This document shows positions 7,784-16,662 of a DNA stretch of 64,000 nucleotides, piece after piece (the first letter of the stretch is position 1; every line of letters begins with the position of its first letter). Source of the DNA: a bacterium (lineage in GTDB: Archaea; Nanobdellota; Nanobdellia; Pacearchaeales; GW2011-AR1); NCBI GenBank assembly GCA_036787775.1, contig DAIQOR010000003.1, forward strand, positions 9,466 through 73,465, given 5' to 3'. Both the position numbers and the translations under genes were made by a program. A model generated the notes under the pieces. It was not told the origin of the DNA. It saw only the letters and a list, made by a program, of their open reading frames with translations, and ran no database searches.

Positions 7784-9451
7784 ATGGCTTATGTGGTCAA
7801 ACAAAATGTTAATGGTGGCGATTACTATTATCTTCGGAAAAGTGTGCGTGAGGGCGGTAAGGTGGTGAGTAAGAGCATTGCATATCTTGGGAAGACAAAA
7901 ACCGAAGCAGATAAAAAGGCAAAAGAGATAATTAAGAACATGGGTAATTTAGATGTTGCAAAAAGTGAGAGTAAGGCGGTGAAAAAGTTAGTCTGTGAAC
8001 CGACGAATATTTCTATCGAGGAGTTGGCAAATTTTTGTAAATCGAAAGGATTTGTTTTTAGAAGTTCAGATATTTATGGGGGGCTTTCAGGTTTTTGGGA
8101 TTTTGGTCCGTTGGGAGTTGAGTTGTTTAAAAATTTAAAAGATGATTGGTGGAATCATTTTGTTTATCAAAATACAAATATGGTTGGAATGGAAGCGAGC
8201 ATTATTTCTCATCCAAGGACGTGGAAGGCTTCTGGGCACATAGAAAATTTTAATGATTTGGCTGTTGTTTGTAAGAAATGTAAAAAGGGAACTAAGATTG
8301 ATGTTTCTGAAGAAGGAAAAGTTAAATGTGAATGCGGGGGCGAGTTTGAAGTTAAAGGGAAATTTAGTTTAATGTTTAAAACAAATGTTGGAGCATTGAA
8401 TTCGGAAGTTGCTTATCTCCGAGGAGAAACCGCGCAAGGAATGTTTATGAATTTTAAATTGATTCATCAAACTTCGAGAATGCAATTACCTTTTGGTGTT
8501 GCCCAAATTGGAAGATGTTTTAGAAATGAGATTGCTCCGAGGGATTTTTTATTTAGATGTAGAGAATTTCATATTGGAGAGTTTGAATTTTTTATTCATC
8601 CTGAAGAGAAAAAATGTGAATTGCTCGACGATAAACATCTTAAAGTGAAATTTAGAATTTTGGATGCAGAGACGCAGGTTGCTGGAAAAGATGGTTTGAA
8701 AGAAGTTGCTATGAAAGAACTTGTTGCAAAAAATAAACTTGATGAGTGGCATGCTTATTGGTTGGCTGAACAAATTTTTTGGTTTAGAAGTTTAGGTTTG
8801 GATAAAATAAAAATTCGAGAGCACACAAAAGAGGAATTGAGCCATTATAGTTCTGCGACTTTTGATATTGATTATGAATATCCGTTTGGAAGTAAAGAGG
8901 TTGCGGGAAATGCAAATCGGGGACAATATGATTTGATGCAACATCAAAAAGAAAGTAAACAAAGTATGGAAGTTTTTGATGAGAAAACTAAACAGAAGGT
9001 TTTACCGAGGGTGATTGAGCCAACTTTTGGAATGGAAAGAGTTTTTTTGGCTATTTTAACTAATGCTTATTGTGATGATAAATCTCGAGGAAATATTGTT
9101 TTGAGAATTCCTGCGAAGCTTGCGCCTATTAAAGTTGCAGTTTTTCCTTTGATTAAACAAAAAGAATTTGAAGATTTAGCGAAAGGAGTTTCAAAAAACT
9201 TAGGAGAAGAGTTTAATGTTTGTTATGATAAGTCTGGTTCAGTTGGTAGACGATACGCGCGTAATGATGAAATTGGAACTCCATTTTGTGTAACCATCGA
9301 CGGTGATTCAGTAAAAAATAATGATGTTACAATTAGAGATAGAGATACAACAAAACAAATTCGTGTAAAAATTTCTGATTTGAAAGAAATTTTAAGAAAA
9401 TTAATTAATTCTGAGATTGAATTTGAAAAAGCAGGAAAATTAATAAATTAA
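7784..9451 (+). CDS. glyS: glycyl-tRNA synthetase (archaeal/eukaryotic alpha2 type) with ~50-75-aa N-terminal extension
   Basis: SDIYGGLSGFWDFGPLG and class II motifs; the first ~52 aa (GGDYYYLRK..GGKV..YLGK) are not part of canonical GlyRS; 555 aa. Confidence 0.85.
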   Translation: MAYVVKQNVNGGDYYYLRKSVREGGKVVSKSIAYLGKTKTEADKKAKEIIKNMGNLDVAKSESKAVKKLVCEPTNISIEELANFCKSKGFVFRSSDIYGGLSGFWDFGPLGVELFKNLKDDWWNHFVYQNTNMVGMEASIISHPRTWKASGHIENFNDLAVVCKKCKKGTKIDVSEEGKVKCECGGEFEVKGKFSLMFKTNVGALNSEVAYLRGETAQGMFMNFKLIHQTSRMQLPFGVAQIGRCFRNEIAPRDFLFRCREFHIGEFEFFIHPEEKKCELLDDKHLKVKFRILDAETQVAGKDGLKEVAMKELVAKNKLDEWHAYWLAEQIFWFRSLGLDKIKIREHTKEELSHYSSATFDIDYEYPFGSKEVAGNANRGQYDLMQHQKESKQSMEVFDEKTKQKVLPRVIEPTFGMERVFLAILTNAYCDDKSRGNIVLRIPAKLAPIKVAVFPLIKQKEFEDLAKGVSKNLGEEFNVCYDKSGSVGRRYARNDEIGTPFCVTIDGDSVKNNDVTIRDRDTTKQIRVKISDLKEILRKLINSEIEFEKAGKLIN

Positions 9452-9577
9452 ATTCACCGACGCTGATTTTGATAGTAATTGATTAAATTTTTTTGTGAAA
9501 AATGTTTTTTATTTTTTTACCGAAGACTTTTTAAAGTTTATATTCTTATAATAAATAATTAAAAAGAGGTATCTCAC

Positions 9578-9664
9578 ATGGCTGTAAAGAAAAAAGTTGC
9601 TAAAAAAAAGGTAGTGAAGAAGAAAGTAACTAAGAAGAAAGTAGTTAAGAAGAAAAAGAAATAA
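9578..9664 (+). CDS. small lysine-rich peptide MAVKKKVAKKKVVKKKVTKKKVVKKKKK (28 aa)
   Basis: ATG preceded by agagg 7 nt upstream; the VKKK repeat is the same type as the C-terminal tail of TFE in this window; below the 60-aa ORF-track cutoff. Confidence 0.4.
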   Translation: MAVKKKVAKKKVVKKKVTKKKVVKKKKK

Positions 9665-9743
9665 ACCTTTTTATTTTTTATTTTTTATTTTTTTATAATT
9701 GGTTTTTGATTAAGTTTTTAAATTCTGTTTGTTTGGTTTATTA

Positions 9744-10091
9744 ATGGAAGATTGTGTTTTTTGTAAGATAACGAATGGAGAAATTCCTGTTAAGATTATT
9801 TATGAAAATGATAATTTTGTTTCTTTTCCCGACGCTAATCAACAAATAGATGGTCATTCTTTGGTCGTTTCTAAGAAGCATTTTGCGACGGTTTTGGATA
9901 TTCCGAATACTTTGGGAGGTGAATTGCTTGATTGTATAAAGAATACTACTTTGAAACTTATGGCTGAGTATAAGAGTGAGGGGTTTAATATTGTGAGCAA
10001 TAATTTTGAGAGTGCGGGGCAGGTGGTTGGACACGTGCATTTTCATATTTTGCCGAGGAAGAAGGGGGGGAAAGTTCCGCGGGTTTATTGA
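9744..10091 (+). CDS. HIT family (histidine triad) hydrolase
   Basis: CVFCKI N-terminus and HVHFHILPR histidine triad; start chosen at MEDCVFCKI. Confidence 0.8.
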   Translation: MEDCVFCKITNGEIPVKIIYENDNFVSFPDANQQIDGHSLVVSKKHFATVLDIPNTLGGELLDCIKNTTLKLMAEYKSEGFNIVSNNFESAGQVVGHVHFHILPRKKGGKVPRVY

Positions 10092-10461
10092 TTTTGTTTT
10101 TTATTTTTAAAATTATTGCTGAAGAAAAAATTATTCCTATAAAATCTGTTAGAACATCTGTGATTGTTGAGCTTCTCATTGGCACGAAACTTTGATGAAT
10201 CTCGTCGCTGATTGCGTAAATTAATGAAAAGAAAATTGTTACGATTAAAACTTTGTAGGAAAATTTTTGTTTGGTTTGTAATGAGTAAAATAGAAAAAAG
10301 TTGAACAGGAAAAATACTGCGAAGTGGTAGATTATTGGGATGAATGTAATTCCGCCGGATTGATTTGTCCCTGGCAGACTTGAAAAGAAAAATATTTCTA
10401 TACCAATTAAAAGTGTTAGGATGATTGAGAGGGATTTGTTTTTTGAAAGTGTTTTTATCAT
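9985..10461 (-). CDS. VanZ-like family membrane protein
   Basis: SDEIHQSFVPMRSSTITDVLTDFIG matches the VanZ-like signature; multiple TM helices; the 3' end overlaps the HIT gene convergently by 107 nt. Confidence 0.6.
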   Translation of the reverse strand: MIKTLSKNKSLSIILTLLIGIEIFFFSSLPGTNQSGGITFIPIIYHFAVFFLFNFFLFYSLQTKQKFSYKVLIVTIFFSLIYAISDEIHQSFVPMRSSTITDVLTDFIGIIFSSAIILKIKNKINKPAELSPPSSSAKYENARVQPPAPHSQNYCSQY

Positions 10462-10523
10462 TTGAGAATATTTATTTTTAGATTTAAAAGAATTGTTGTG
10501 TTTGAGTGTTTTCTCCGGTCGAG

Positions 10524-10555
10524 AAAAAATAAATGGCTCTGAAGAGAATTTAACT
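10524..10555. repeat. direct repeat copy of the tRNA-Met 3' end plus flank (32-nt exact copy of 10638..10669)
   Basis: aaaaaataaatggctctgaagagaatttaact occurs at 10524..10555 and 10638..10669. Confidence 0.85.
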
Positions 10556-10647
10556 ACAACTCAATCATTGAAAAGTTGTCATTAATATTTTATTTTGCAC
10601 TTTCCAATAATTTCGCGACCTCTGTCGGTCTCGAGTTAAAAAATAAA

Positions 10648-10719
10648 TGGCTCTGAAGAGAATTTAACTCTCGACCTCTGCCTCATGAGAGCAGCGCTCT
10701 AACACTGAGCTACAGAGCC
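10648..10719 (-). tRNA. tRNA-Met (anticodon CAT), elongator type (G1-C72)
   Basis: Reverse complement folds: acceptor ggctctg/cagagcc, anticodon stem ctgct/ggcag with loop ctcatga, T-arm gagag-ttaaatt-ctctt (unusual T-loop lacking C56); 72 nt. Confidence 0.7.
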
Positions 10720-10790
10720 GAAACTATAAAAATAAATGGGTTTAAAAGTTTTAAGGTAAGGCTTAAATATTCTTTTTTCTTGTTTTATTT

Positions 10791-10991
10791 ATGGTTGGTC
10801 AAGAAGAAGTGATAAATCAAATGGTAAATATGTTTCCGCCAGAGGTGGCTTCTCAAATTAGTTTTTGGATTCAAGCAATTGGGGGAATTTTTGTTGTTTA
10901 TCTTGTGATTCTTTTATTTAGAACTTATTCTCAATATAAAATGAGTAGAGATATAAAATTAATTAAGAAAAAGTTGAAGATTAAGGGTTAG
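10791..10991 (+). CDS. small membrane protein (one TM), hypothetical
   Basis: 66 aa; hydrophobic core IGGIFVVYLVILLF. Confidence 0.35.
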   Translation: MVGQEEVINQMVNMFPPEVASQISFWIQAIGGIFVVYLVILLFRTYSQYKMSRDIKLIKKKLKIKG

Positions 10992-11301
10992 TTTTTGTTA
11001 GAGTTATTTCTATTGTTGAAACGTTTATTATTTTGCCTGTGTCGCTTTTTTTGGATTCGCTTCCTATTTTTATTTTTTTTACAGAAATGTTTTTCCCATC
11101 GACTTGTTTCTTTTTCATGACTTCTGCTAAATCGACGGCTTTTGTGATTTGTTTTCCTCGGGCAATTATTGTGACCTCGTCGTTTTCACTTTTGGTGAAT
11201 TGGAAAGTTATGCTTTTGATATAATTTAAGAAATGTTTAACTCCGACAAAAACTTTATTATTATTTTCTGGAGAATCCTCTTTTTGAATTGAATTCGTCA
11301 T
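10981..11301 (-). CDS. albA: Alba family DNA/RNA-binding chromatin protein
   Basis: VFVGVK..NYI...TFQF, IIARGKQITKAVDLAEV, NVSTIEITLTK match Alba. Confidence 0.85.
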   Translation of the reverse strand: MTNSIQKEDSPENNNKVFVGVKHFLNYIKSITFQFTKSENDEVTIIARGKQITKAVDLAEVMKKKQVDGKNISVKKIKIGSESKKSDTGKIINVSTIEITLTKTNP

Positions 11302-11302
11302 T

Positions 11303-11512
11303 TTATTCGGCGCTTAATTCTTCTTCTTTCTTTCTTTCTTGCCTTTTTGTTCTTACGAAAAGTCCTGCTATCTGATTTCTTATTTTTTTACTGGGCATTG
11401 TGTTATTTCCAAGAATTTTTTTATTGTGTTGAAATTCTTCTGAAAAAGTTAGACCTTTGTCTGAAAGTGTGTTCACAGTTCTTCGCACTAACTTAGATTT
11501 TATTTTTCCCAT
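11303..11512 (-). CDS. rps17e: 30S ribosomal protein S17e
   Basis: MGKIKSKLVRRT...FQHNKKIL...PSKKIRNQIAG matches S17e; 69 aa. Confidence 0.8.
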   Translation of the reverse strand: MGKIKSKLVRRTVNTLSDKGLTFSEEFQHNKKILGNNTMPSKKIRNQIAGLFVRTKRQERKKEEELSAE

Positions 11513-11546
11513 TCTTATTTGTCTATTTGAAGGTTTTTAAATATTT

Positions 11547-12500
11547 TTATTCGACTTTTTCGATTCCTGAGAGGTTTTTTATGGCTTCTATGAACTGGCT
11601 CATTTTTTTGGCGGGTTCTCCGAGGCTGAGGATTATGTAAGGGAGGTCTATTTCAGAGGCTTTTTTGTAGGCATCTATAAAGTCTTTTTCAACAATTCTT
11701 TTTTTATTGTAGGCGATTAAAAGATATTCTTTTTGGTTTTTGACCACTTTTAATCTTAAATCGGTTTTGCTGAAACTTTGAATGTCCGAGATTTCTATTG
11801 ATTTTTCTGAAAGATATTCTTTTATTTTATTGAAGAATTTTTCGTTTGTTTTTTGAGAATTTTCTATTTTTTTGAGGGGTTTCTTTTTATGAATTTCTTT
11901 TGGTTTTTCAATTATTTTTATTCGAGGTTTTTCTATTTGTTTTATTTCTTCTTTTTCTTGTTGTTTTCTAATTTCTTGAATTATTGATTTTGGAATTTGA
12001 GTTTGGGGAATTTCTTTTATCTCTGGTTTTGGTTCTTCTTTTATTTGAATAACTTCTTCTTGTTTTGGAACATCTTCTTTTTGGAATTCTGATTCTGGGG
12101 TTGTCAAATATCTCCAGATTATTTCATCATCTTTTTTGAAGGGGATTGCAAAATCTTTTATTTCTCTTAGTGCGACTCTTATTGCGGGCTGTTGTTCTCG
12201 GTCTTTTAGGAATTTTTCATTTCTTAGTAAATTGTATGCTTCGTTTTCTTTGTTTTTTATGTGCTCTGAGAATTTTTCTAATTTTGATTCTTGGCCTGGG
12301 ATGAAATAAACTGGTGTACACCCGACTTTCATGTGGCTTATTTTTAATTTTTTTTCGGAGAGGAGTTCGGATAGAAATGCCGAGGTGAAAAGTATGCTTT
12401 GATCAATTTCTTTTGAGAGGTGGACAGGTAAACTGGGTCCTCTTGTTCGGATGAATTGTATGATTTTCTCTTTTAATTGTGACGTGTCTTGTGCAGGCAT
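11547..12500 (-). CDS. hypothetical protein, N-terminal winged-helix-like domain plus K/E/P/I-rich low-complexity linker
   Basis: 317 aa; N-terminal ~90 aa look wH-like; middle is repetitive (EIKEIPQTQIPKSIIQEIRKQQEKEEIKQIEKPRIKIIEKPKE). Confidence 0.4.
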   Translation of the reverse strand: MPAQDTSQLKEKIIQFIRTRGPSLPVHLSKEIDQSILFTSAFLSELLSEKKLKISHMKVGCTPVYFIPGQESKLEKFSEHIKNKENEAYNLLRNEKFLKDREQQPAIRVALREIKDFAIPFKKDDEIIWRYLTTPESEFQKEDVPKQEEVIQIKEEPKPEIKEIPQTQIPKSIIQEIRKQQEKEEIKQIEKPRIKIIEKPKEIHKKKPLKKIENSQKTNEKFFNKIKEYLSEKSIEISDIQSFSKTDLRLKVVKNQKEYLLIAYNKKRIVEKDFIDAYKKASEIDLPYIILSLGEPAKKMSQFIEAIKNLSGIEKVE

Positions 12501-12570
12501 GATTGAAGAAGAATTAAGAGGGTTATAAATATTTTTATAATAATTTCTGGATATAAATTTATTTAAATGA

Positions 12571-12873
12571 TTGGGGATTAGTTTTTTTATGGTTGTAGTA
12601 ATTTCTGGTGAAGGTTATGATGAATTATTAGACGCATATTTTAAAGGAGAGGTGGCACCTTATTATGAGATTAGTGCAGATTTTGAACAAAAAAGATTTC
12701 TTTTATCAAATATAAAAACAACACTTTCTATCTATTTTACTGAAAAAGGAGTTTTAGTTAAGAAAAGAGTGCCGGGGGATAAAAGATCTGGATTAGAATT
12801 TTTGAGTTTAAATGATTTGAATGCGCTTACAGGATGGGGTGTTCCAAGTAGTAATCAGGAAATTAAGGTTTAA
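12571..12873 (+). CDS. hypothetical protein
   Basis: 100-aa ORF, no recognisable motif; start uncertain. Confidence 0.3.
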   Translation: MGISFFMVVVISGEGYDELLDAYFKGEVAPYYEISADFEQKRFLLSNIKTTLSIYFTEKGVLVKKRVPGDKRSGLEFLSLNDLNALTGWGVPSSNQEIKV

Positions 12874-13381
12874 TCCACTTAACCTCGTAATATGTGACAT
12901 CGCTTTCTTCGTCAAGAATTGCTATTAGAAGGTTCTTTTTTGTGGAATGTGCTACTCGGTTTTTTGCAGAGAATTCGTGCCAGGTTGATTTTTTAGATTC
13001 GTGTTCGACGAAGACAATCCATTGTGCGTGTTTCTTTCCAGGTTTTGCGCCTTTTTCGTAAACTCTAAAGTCCGCACCGAATTTTAATGCGGTTTTTACA
13101 ATGTAACCTTTTTCTCTTAAATCTTTGTAGATGGGATATTTGATTTGGAACTTTTTATCTATCTTGTTGAATTTTTTTATGACCTCGGTTTTTGCGAGTT
13201 TTTTGTTTCCTTGAATTATTTCGAGTTTTTCGGTTTCAACTAAGAAGTATGCTTCTGATAAACTGTATTGAATTTTGTCGCCGACTTGTTCTCCGAGCGC
13301 GGATTTTTTTGATAGTCCCATCGCGAGTGGGTCGTTGCTCTGGACAATTTCTCCGATTAAGTGTGCTTGTATTTTTTTCAT
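12863..13381 (-). CDS. endA: tRNA-splicing endonuclease (EndA)
   Basis: YFLVETEKL, YKDLREKGYIVKTALKFGADFRVYEKG...HAQWIVFV matches the EndA catalytic domain; 172 aa. Confidence 0.8.
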   Translation of the reverse strand: MKKIQAHLIGEIVQSNDPLAMGLSKKSALGEQVGDKIQYSLSEAYFLVETEKLEIIQGNKKLAKTEVIKKFNKIDKKFQIKYPIYKDLREKGYIVKTALKFGADFRVYEKGAKPGKKHAQWIVFVEHESKKSTWHEFSAKNRVAHSTKKNLLIAILDEESDVTYYEVKWIKP

Positions 13382-13567
13382 AGTGATAATAATTTATAAC
13401 AATATTTAAAAATATGCTTTTCATGTTTATATGATGAATGCTATTAGGGATTTAATTTTATGTAAGTCTTTGGTAGCCGTGATTCTCTTAAATTAAGTTC
13501 ATTGGTTTTCCGATGAACGAGCAATGTTTTGTTAAGAGAATTCTGAATTAAATTGGGAGGTATAAAA

Positions 13568-13858
13568 ATGGAAAAAGAAAAAAGGAAAGTAGCGTATCGA
13601 CCTTGCGAAACTGGAAGTAGGTCTTTTCAGTTGTTGAAGCCGTGTTCTGAAAGAGTTGCTGGTTATCATGACAGGGGTGCTCGTAAAACCGCTTTGGGCG
13701 TTTTCAATGCTTTTGAAAATTATGAGATGGTTTTTGAACCGCGGGCAGAAATAGAATTTCAAAAGTATCTTGAAAAAAGAACTGAGAAGAAATCTTTGTT
13801 TGAGAGAAAAGGGCTTGAGATAGTTGTTGTGAAGGCAAATAATATAAATGCGTTTTAA
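13568..13858 (+). CDS. hypothetical protein
   Basis: ATG preceded by gggaggt; 96 aa; GC richer than surroundings; no recognised family. Confidence 0.35.
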   Translation: MEKEKRKVAYRPCETGSRSFQLLKPCSERVAGYHDRGARKTALGVFNAFENYEMVFEPRAEIEFQKYLEKRTEKKSLFERKGLEIVVVKANNINAF

Positions 13859-13869
13859 GTTGTTTTAAT

Positions 13870-16293
13870 ATGACATATAATTTCAAACAAATAGAGAGCA
13901 AGTGGCAGAAGAAGTGGGACGAAGGAAACGTCTTTGTTGTTAAGGCAGATAGTCGACAAAAAAAATTTTACAATCTTGAGATGTTTCCTTATCCTTCTGG
14001 AGAGGGGTTGCATTTGGGGCACGGATTGAATTATACTATTGGAGATATTCGTGCGAGGTTCAAGCGTATGAGTGGTTTTAATGTGCTTTATCCGATGGGT
14101 TATGATTCGTTTGGTTTGCCGGCGGAGAATGCTGCGATTAAAGTTGGGGTGCATCCTCGGAAGTATACTCAGAATGCAATAAAGAATTTTATTGTTCAGC
14201 AGAAGGCGTTGGGTTTGAGTTACGATTGGACGAAGATGTTGAGTTCGTGCGAGCCAGAGTATTATCAATGGAATCAATATTTTTTCTTGAAATTTTTGGA
14301 GAAGGGTTTGGCATATCGGAAGAAGGCGCCAGTGAATTGGTGTGAGAAGTGTGATGGGGTTTTGGCGAATGAGCAGGTTCATAATGGAAAATGTTGGATT
14401 CATAAATGTGATGTCGAGGTTAAACATCTTGAGCAATGGTTTTTGAAAATTACAGATTATGCGGATGAACTTTTGGAAGTTGATAAATTGAATTGGCCTC
14501 AGAGAATTAAGACGATGCAGAGAAATTGGATTGGGAAAAGTTACGGGACTGAGATTGATTTTGATATTGGTGGCAAAAAATGGCCGATTTTCACAACTCG
14601 ACCAGATACGATTTATGGAGTTACTTTTATGGTTGTTTCGGCTCAACATAATAATTTATTTGATTTAGTTACCGAGGGGCAGAAGAAAGAAGTTGAGAAG
14701 TTTTTGAAAAAGTTGAAAAGTGTTTCTGAGAAAGAGTTGGAAGTTATGGAAAAGGAAGGGTTTTTTACTGGATCGTATGCGATTAATCCTTTGACTGGAG
14801 ATAAGGTTCCGGTTTATGCTGGGAATTTTGTCGTCGCTGATTATGGTTCTGGAATGGTTATGGCGGTGCCTGCTCACGATCAGAGAGATTTTTTGTTTGC
14901 GAAAAAATATGGAATTGATATTAAGGTAGTGATTAGTCCGAAGGATTTTGAGATTGAAGAGAAAAAATTGCCGGAGGCTTATACGGGGAAAGGAACTTTG
15001 ATTAATTCTGAAAATTTTAATGGAATGGAAAATGAAAACGCGAAGGAAGAGATTACTAAACTTTTGGTTAAGAAAAAATTTGGGAAAAAGAAAGTTCAGT
15101 TTAAGTTGAGAGATTGGTTGATTTCTCGTCAGAGATATTGGGGCACGCCGATTCCGATTGTGTATTGTGATAAGTGTGGGATGGTTCCTGTTCCTGAAAA
15201 AGATTTGCCTATTGAACTTCCTGAGAAAGTTGTTTTTGGAAAAGGAAATCCGTTGGTTACGAATAAGAAATTTTTGGAGACGAAATGTCCGAAGTGTAAT
15301 GGGAAAGCCCGACGGGAAACTGACACGATGGATACTTTTATTGATTCGAGTTGGTATTATATGAGGTTCGCGGATAATAAGAATGATAAAATTTATTTTG
15401 ATAAAAAGGCGGGTGATTATTGGTTGCCGGTTGATACTTATATTGGTGGGGCGGAGCACGCGACGATGCATTTGCTTTATGCGAGATTTTGGACGAAGGC
15501 TTTGAGAGATTTGGGAATTGTTAATTATGATGAGCCGTTTATTCAATTATTTAATCAAGGAATGTTGCACGCTTCCGACGGGAATAAAATGTCGAAGAGT
15601 TTGGGGAATGTAATTAATCCGATTGACACGATTAAAAAATATGGTGCGGATTCTTTGAGGTTGGCGTTGATGAGTTTTGCTTCGCCGGATTCTGATACAA
15701 ATTGGGATGAGAAAGTTTTGATTGGAAGTTATAAATTTTTGAATAAAGTTTGGGAAAAGTTTGAGAATATTAAAATTGGAAAGTCTAATCCGAAGATTGA
15801 GAGTAAGTTGAATAAAACGATTAAAGAAGTTTCGAGTCAGATTGAAAATTTCAAATATAGTTTGGCGATAATTAAGATTCGGGATTTGTTTAATTCTTTG
15901 GGAGATGAAGAGAGTAATGAAGTTCTTGAGAAAAGTTTGAAGTTGTTGCATCCGATTTGTCCGCATATTACCGAGGAGCTTTGGGAGAAAATTAAAGGGA
16001 AAGGAATAATTAGTTTGAGTGAATGGCCGAAGGCGGAAGAGAAAAAGATTGACGAGAGTTTTGAGAAGGCGGAGCAGGCTGTTGATAAATTGGTTAGTGA
16101 TATTGCGCAGATTAAAAAAATAACTGATAAATCTAATGCGAAAGTTTATGTTTATGTTTTGCCGAATGAGTTGGGAATTTACAAAGATGTTGAAGGAATA
16201 AATTTATTTGCTGTTTCGGATAAAAATAAATATGATCCGGAGAATAAGTCGAAGAAAGTTAAACCTGGACGGCCGGGAATTTATTTAGAATGA
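13870..16293 (+). CDS. leuS: leucyl-tRNA synthetase (archaeal/eukaryotic type)
   Basis: HIGH-type PYPSGEGLHLGHGLNY, KMSKS (GNKMSKSLGN), CP1 editing domain; 807 aa. Confidence 0.9.
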   Translation: MTYNFKQIESKWQKKWDEGNVFVVKADSRQKKFYNLEMFPYPSGEGLHLGHGLNYTIGDIRARFKRMSGFNVLYPMGYDSFGLPAENAAIKVGVHPRKYTQNAIKNFIVQQKALGLSYDWTKMLSSCEPEYYQWNQYFFLKFLEKGLAYRKKAPVNWCEKCDGVLANEQVHNGKCWIHKCDVEVKHLEQWFLKITDYADELLEVDKLNWPQRIKTMQRNWIGKSYGTEIDFDIGGKKWPIFTTRPDTIYGVTFMVVSAQHNNLFDLVTEGQKKEVEKFLKKLKSVSEKELEVMEKEGFFTGSYAINPLTGDKVPVYAGNFVVADYGSGMVMAVPAHDQRDFLFAKKYGIDIKVVISPKDFEIEEKKLPEAYTGKGTLINSENFNGMENENAKEEITKLLVKKKFGKKKVQFKLRDWLISRQRYWGTPIPIVYCDKCGMVPVPEKDLPIELPEKVVFGKGNPLVTNKKFLETKCPKCNGKARRETDTMDTFIDSSWYYMRFADNKNDKIYFDKKAGDYWLPVDTYIGGAEHATMHLLYARFWTKALRDLGIVNYDEPFIQLFNQGMLHASDGNKMSKSLGNVINPIDTIKKYGADSLRLALMSFASPDSDTNWDEKVLIGSYKFLNKVWEKFENIKIGKSNPKIESKLNKTIKEVSSQIENFKYSLAIIKIRDLFNSLGDEESNEVLEKSLKLLHPICPHITEELWEKIKGKGIISLSEWPKAEEKKIDESFEKAEQAVDKLVSDIAQIKKITDKSNAKVYVYVLPNELGIYKDVEGINLFAVSDKNKYDPENKSKKVKPGRPGIYLE

Positions 16294-16616
16294 AAATAAA
16301 AAAATTAACTGATACAGAGTTGGCGATTGTTGACAATCTTTCGGATATAGTTTACTTGGAAACTATCAAAGGAATGAACTGTGATGAGATGAAATCTTTT
16401 GATTGTTATGTTCCTAAAGATATGAGGCATTATTTGAGAAAACAAACTGAATGGATTTCGACGGAGAGAAATTTAATTGGAAGTCGAAAAGGGTGTTCTT
16501 GTGATGAAATTAATGATGAAGAATTGTTAGAAGATTTTAATCGTTGTCATAATGGTGAAAGGTTTAAAGTTTTTTATTGTTTGAAATTTCCCGAGTTAGT
16601 TGAAAGAAGAGATTAG
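16290..16616 (+). CDS. hypothetical Cys-containing protein
   Basis: ATGA overlap with the leuS stop; 108 aa; several Cys (CDE..CYV, CSCDE, CHNG). Confidence 0.4.
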   Translation: MKIKKLTDTELAIVDNLSDIVYLETIKGMNCDEMKSFDCYVPKDMRHYLRKQTEWISTERNLIGSRKGCSCDEINDEELLEDFNRCHNGERFKVFYCLKFPELVERRD

Positions 16617-16662
16617 AAACTTTAATAAATCGGAAAGTATTCTTTATTTTGTTTTCGGATAA

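Noticed and set aside
13855-15966. Three long minus-strand ORFs (13855..14649, 14665..15546, 15547..15966) antisense to leuS
   Set aside because: Low-complexity I/N/R/F-rich translations typical of reading an AT-rich gene backwards. They are completely covered by the well-supported LeuRS gene.
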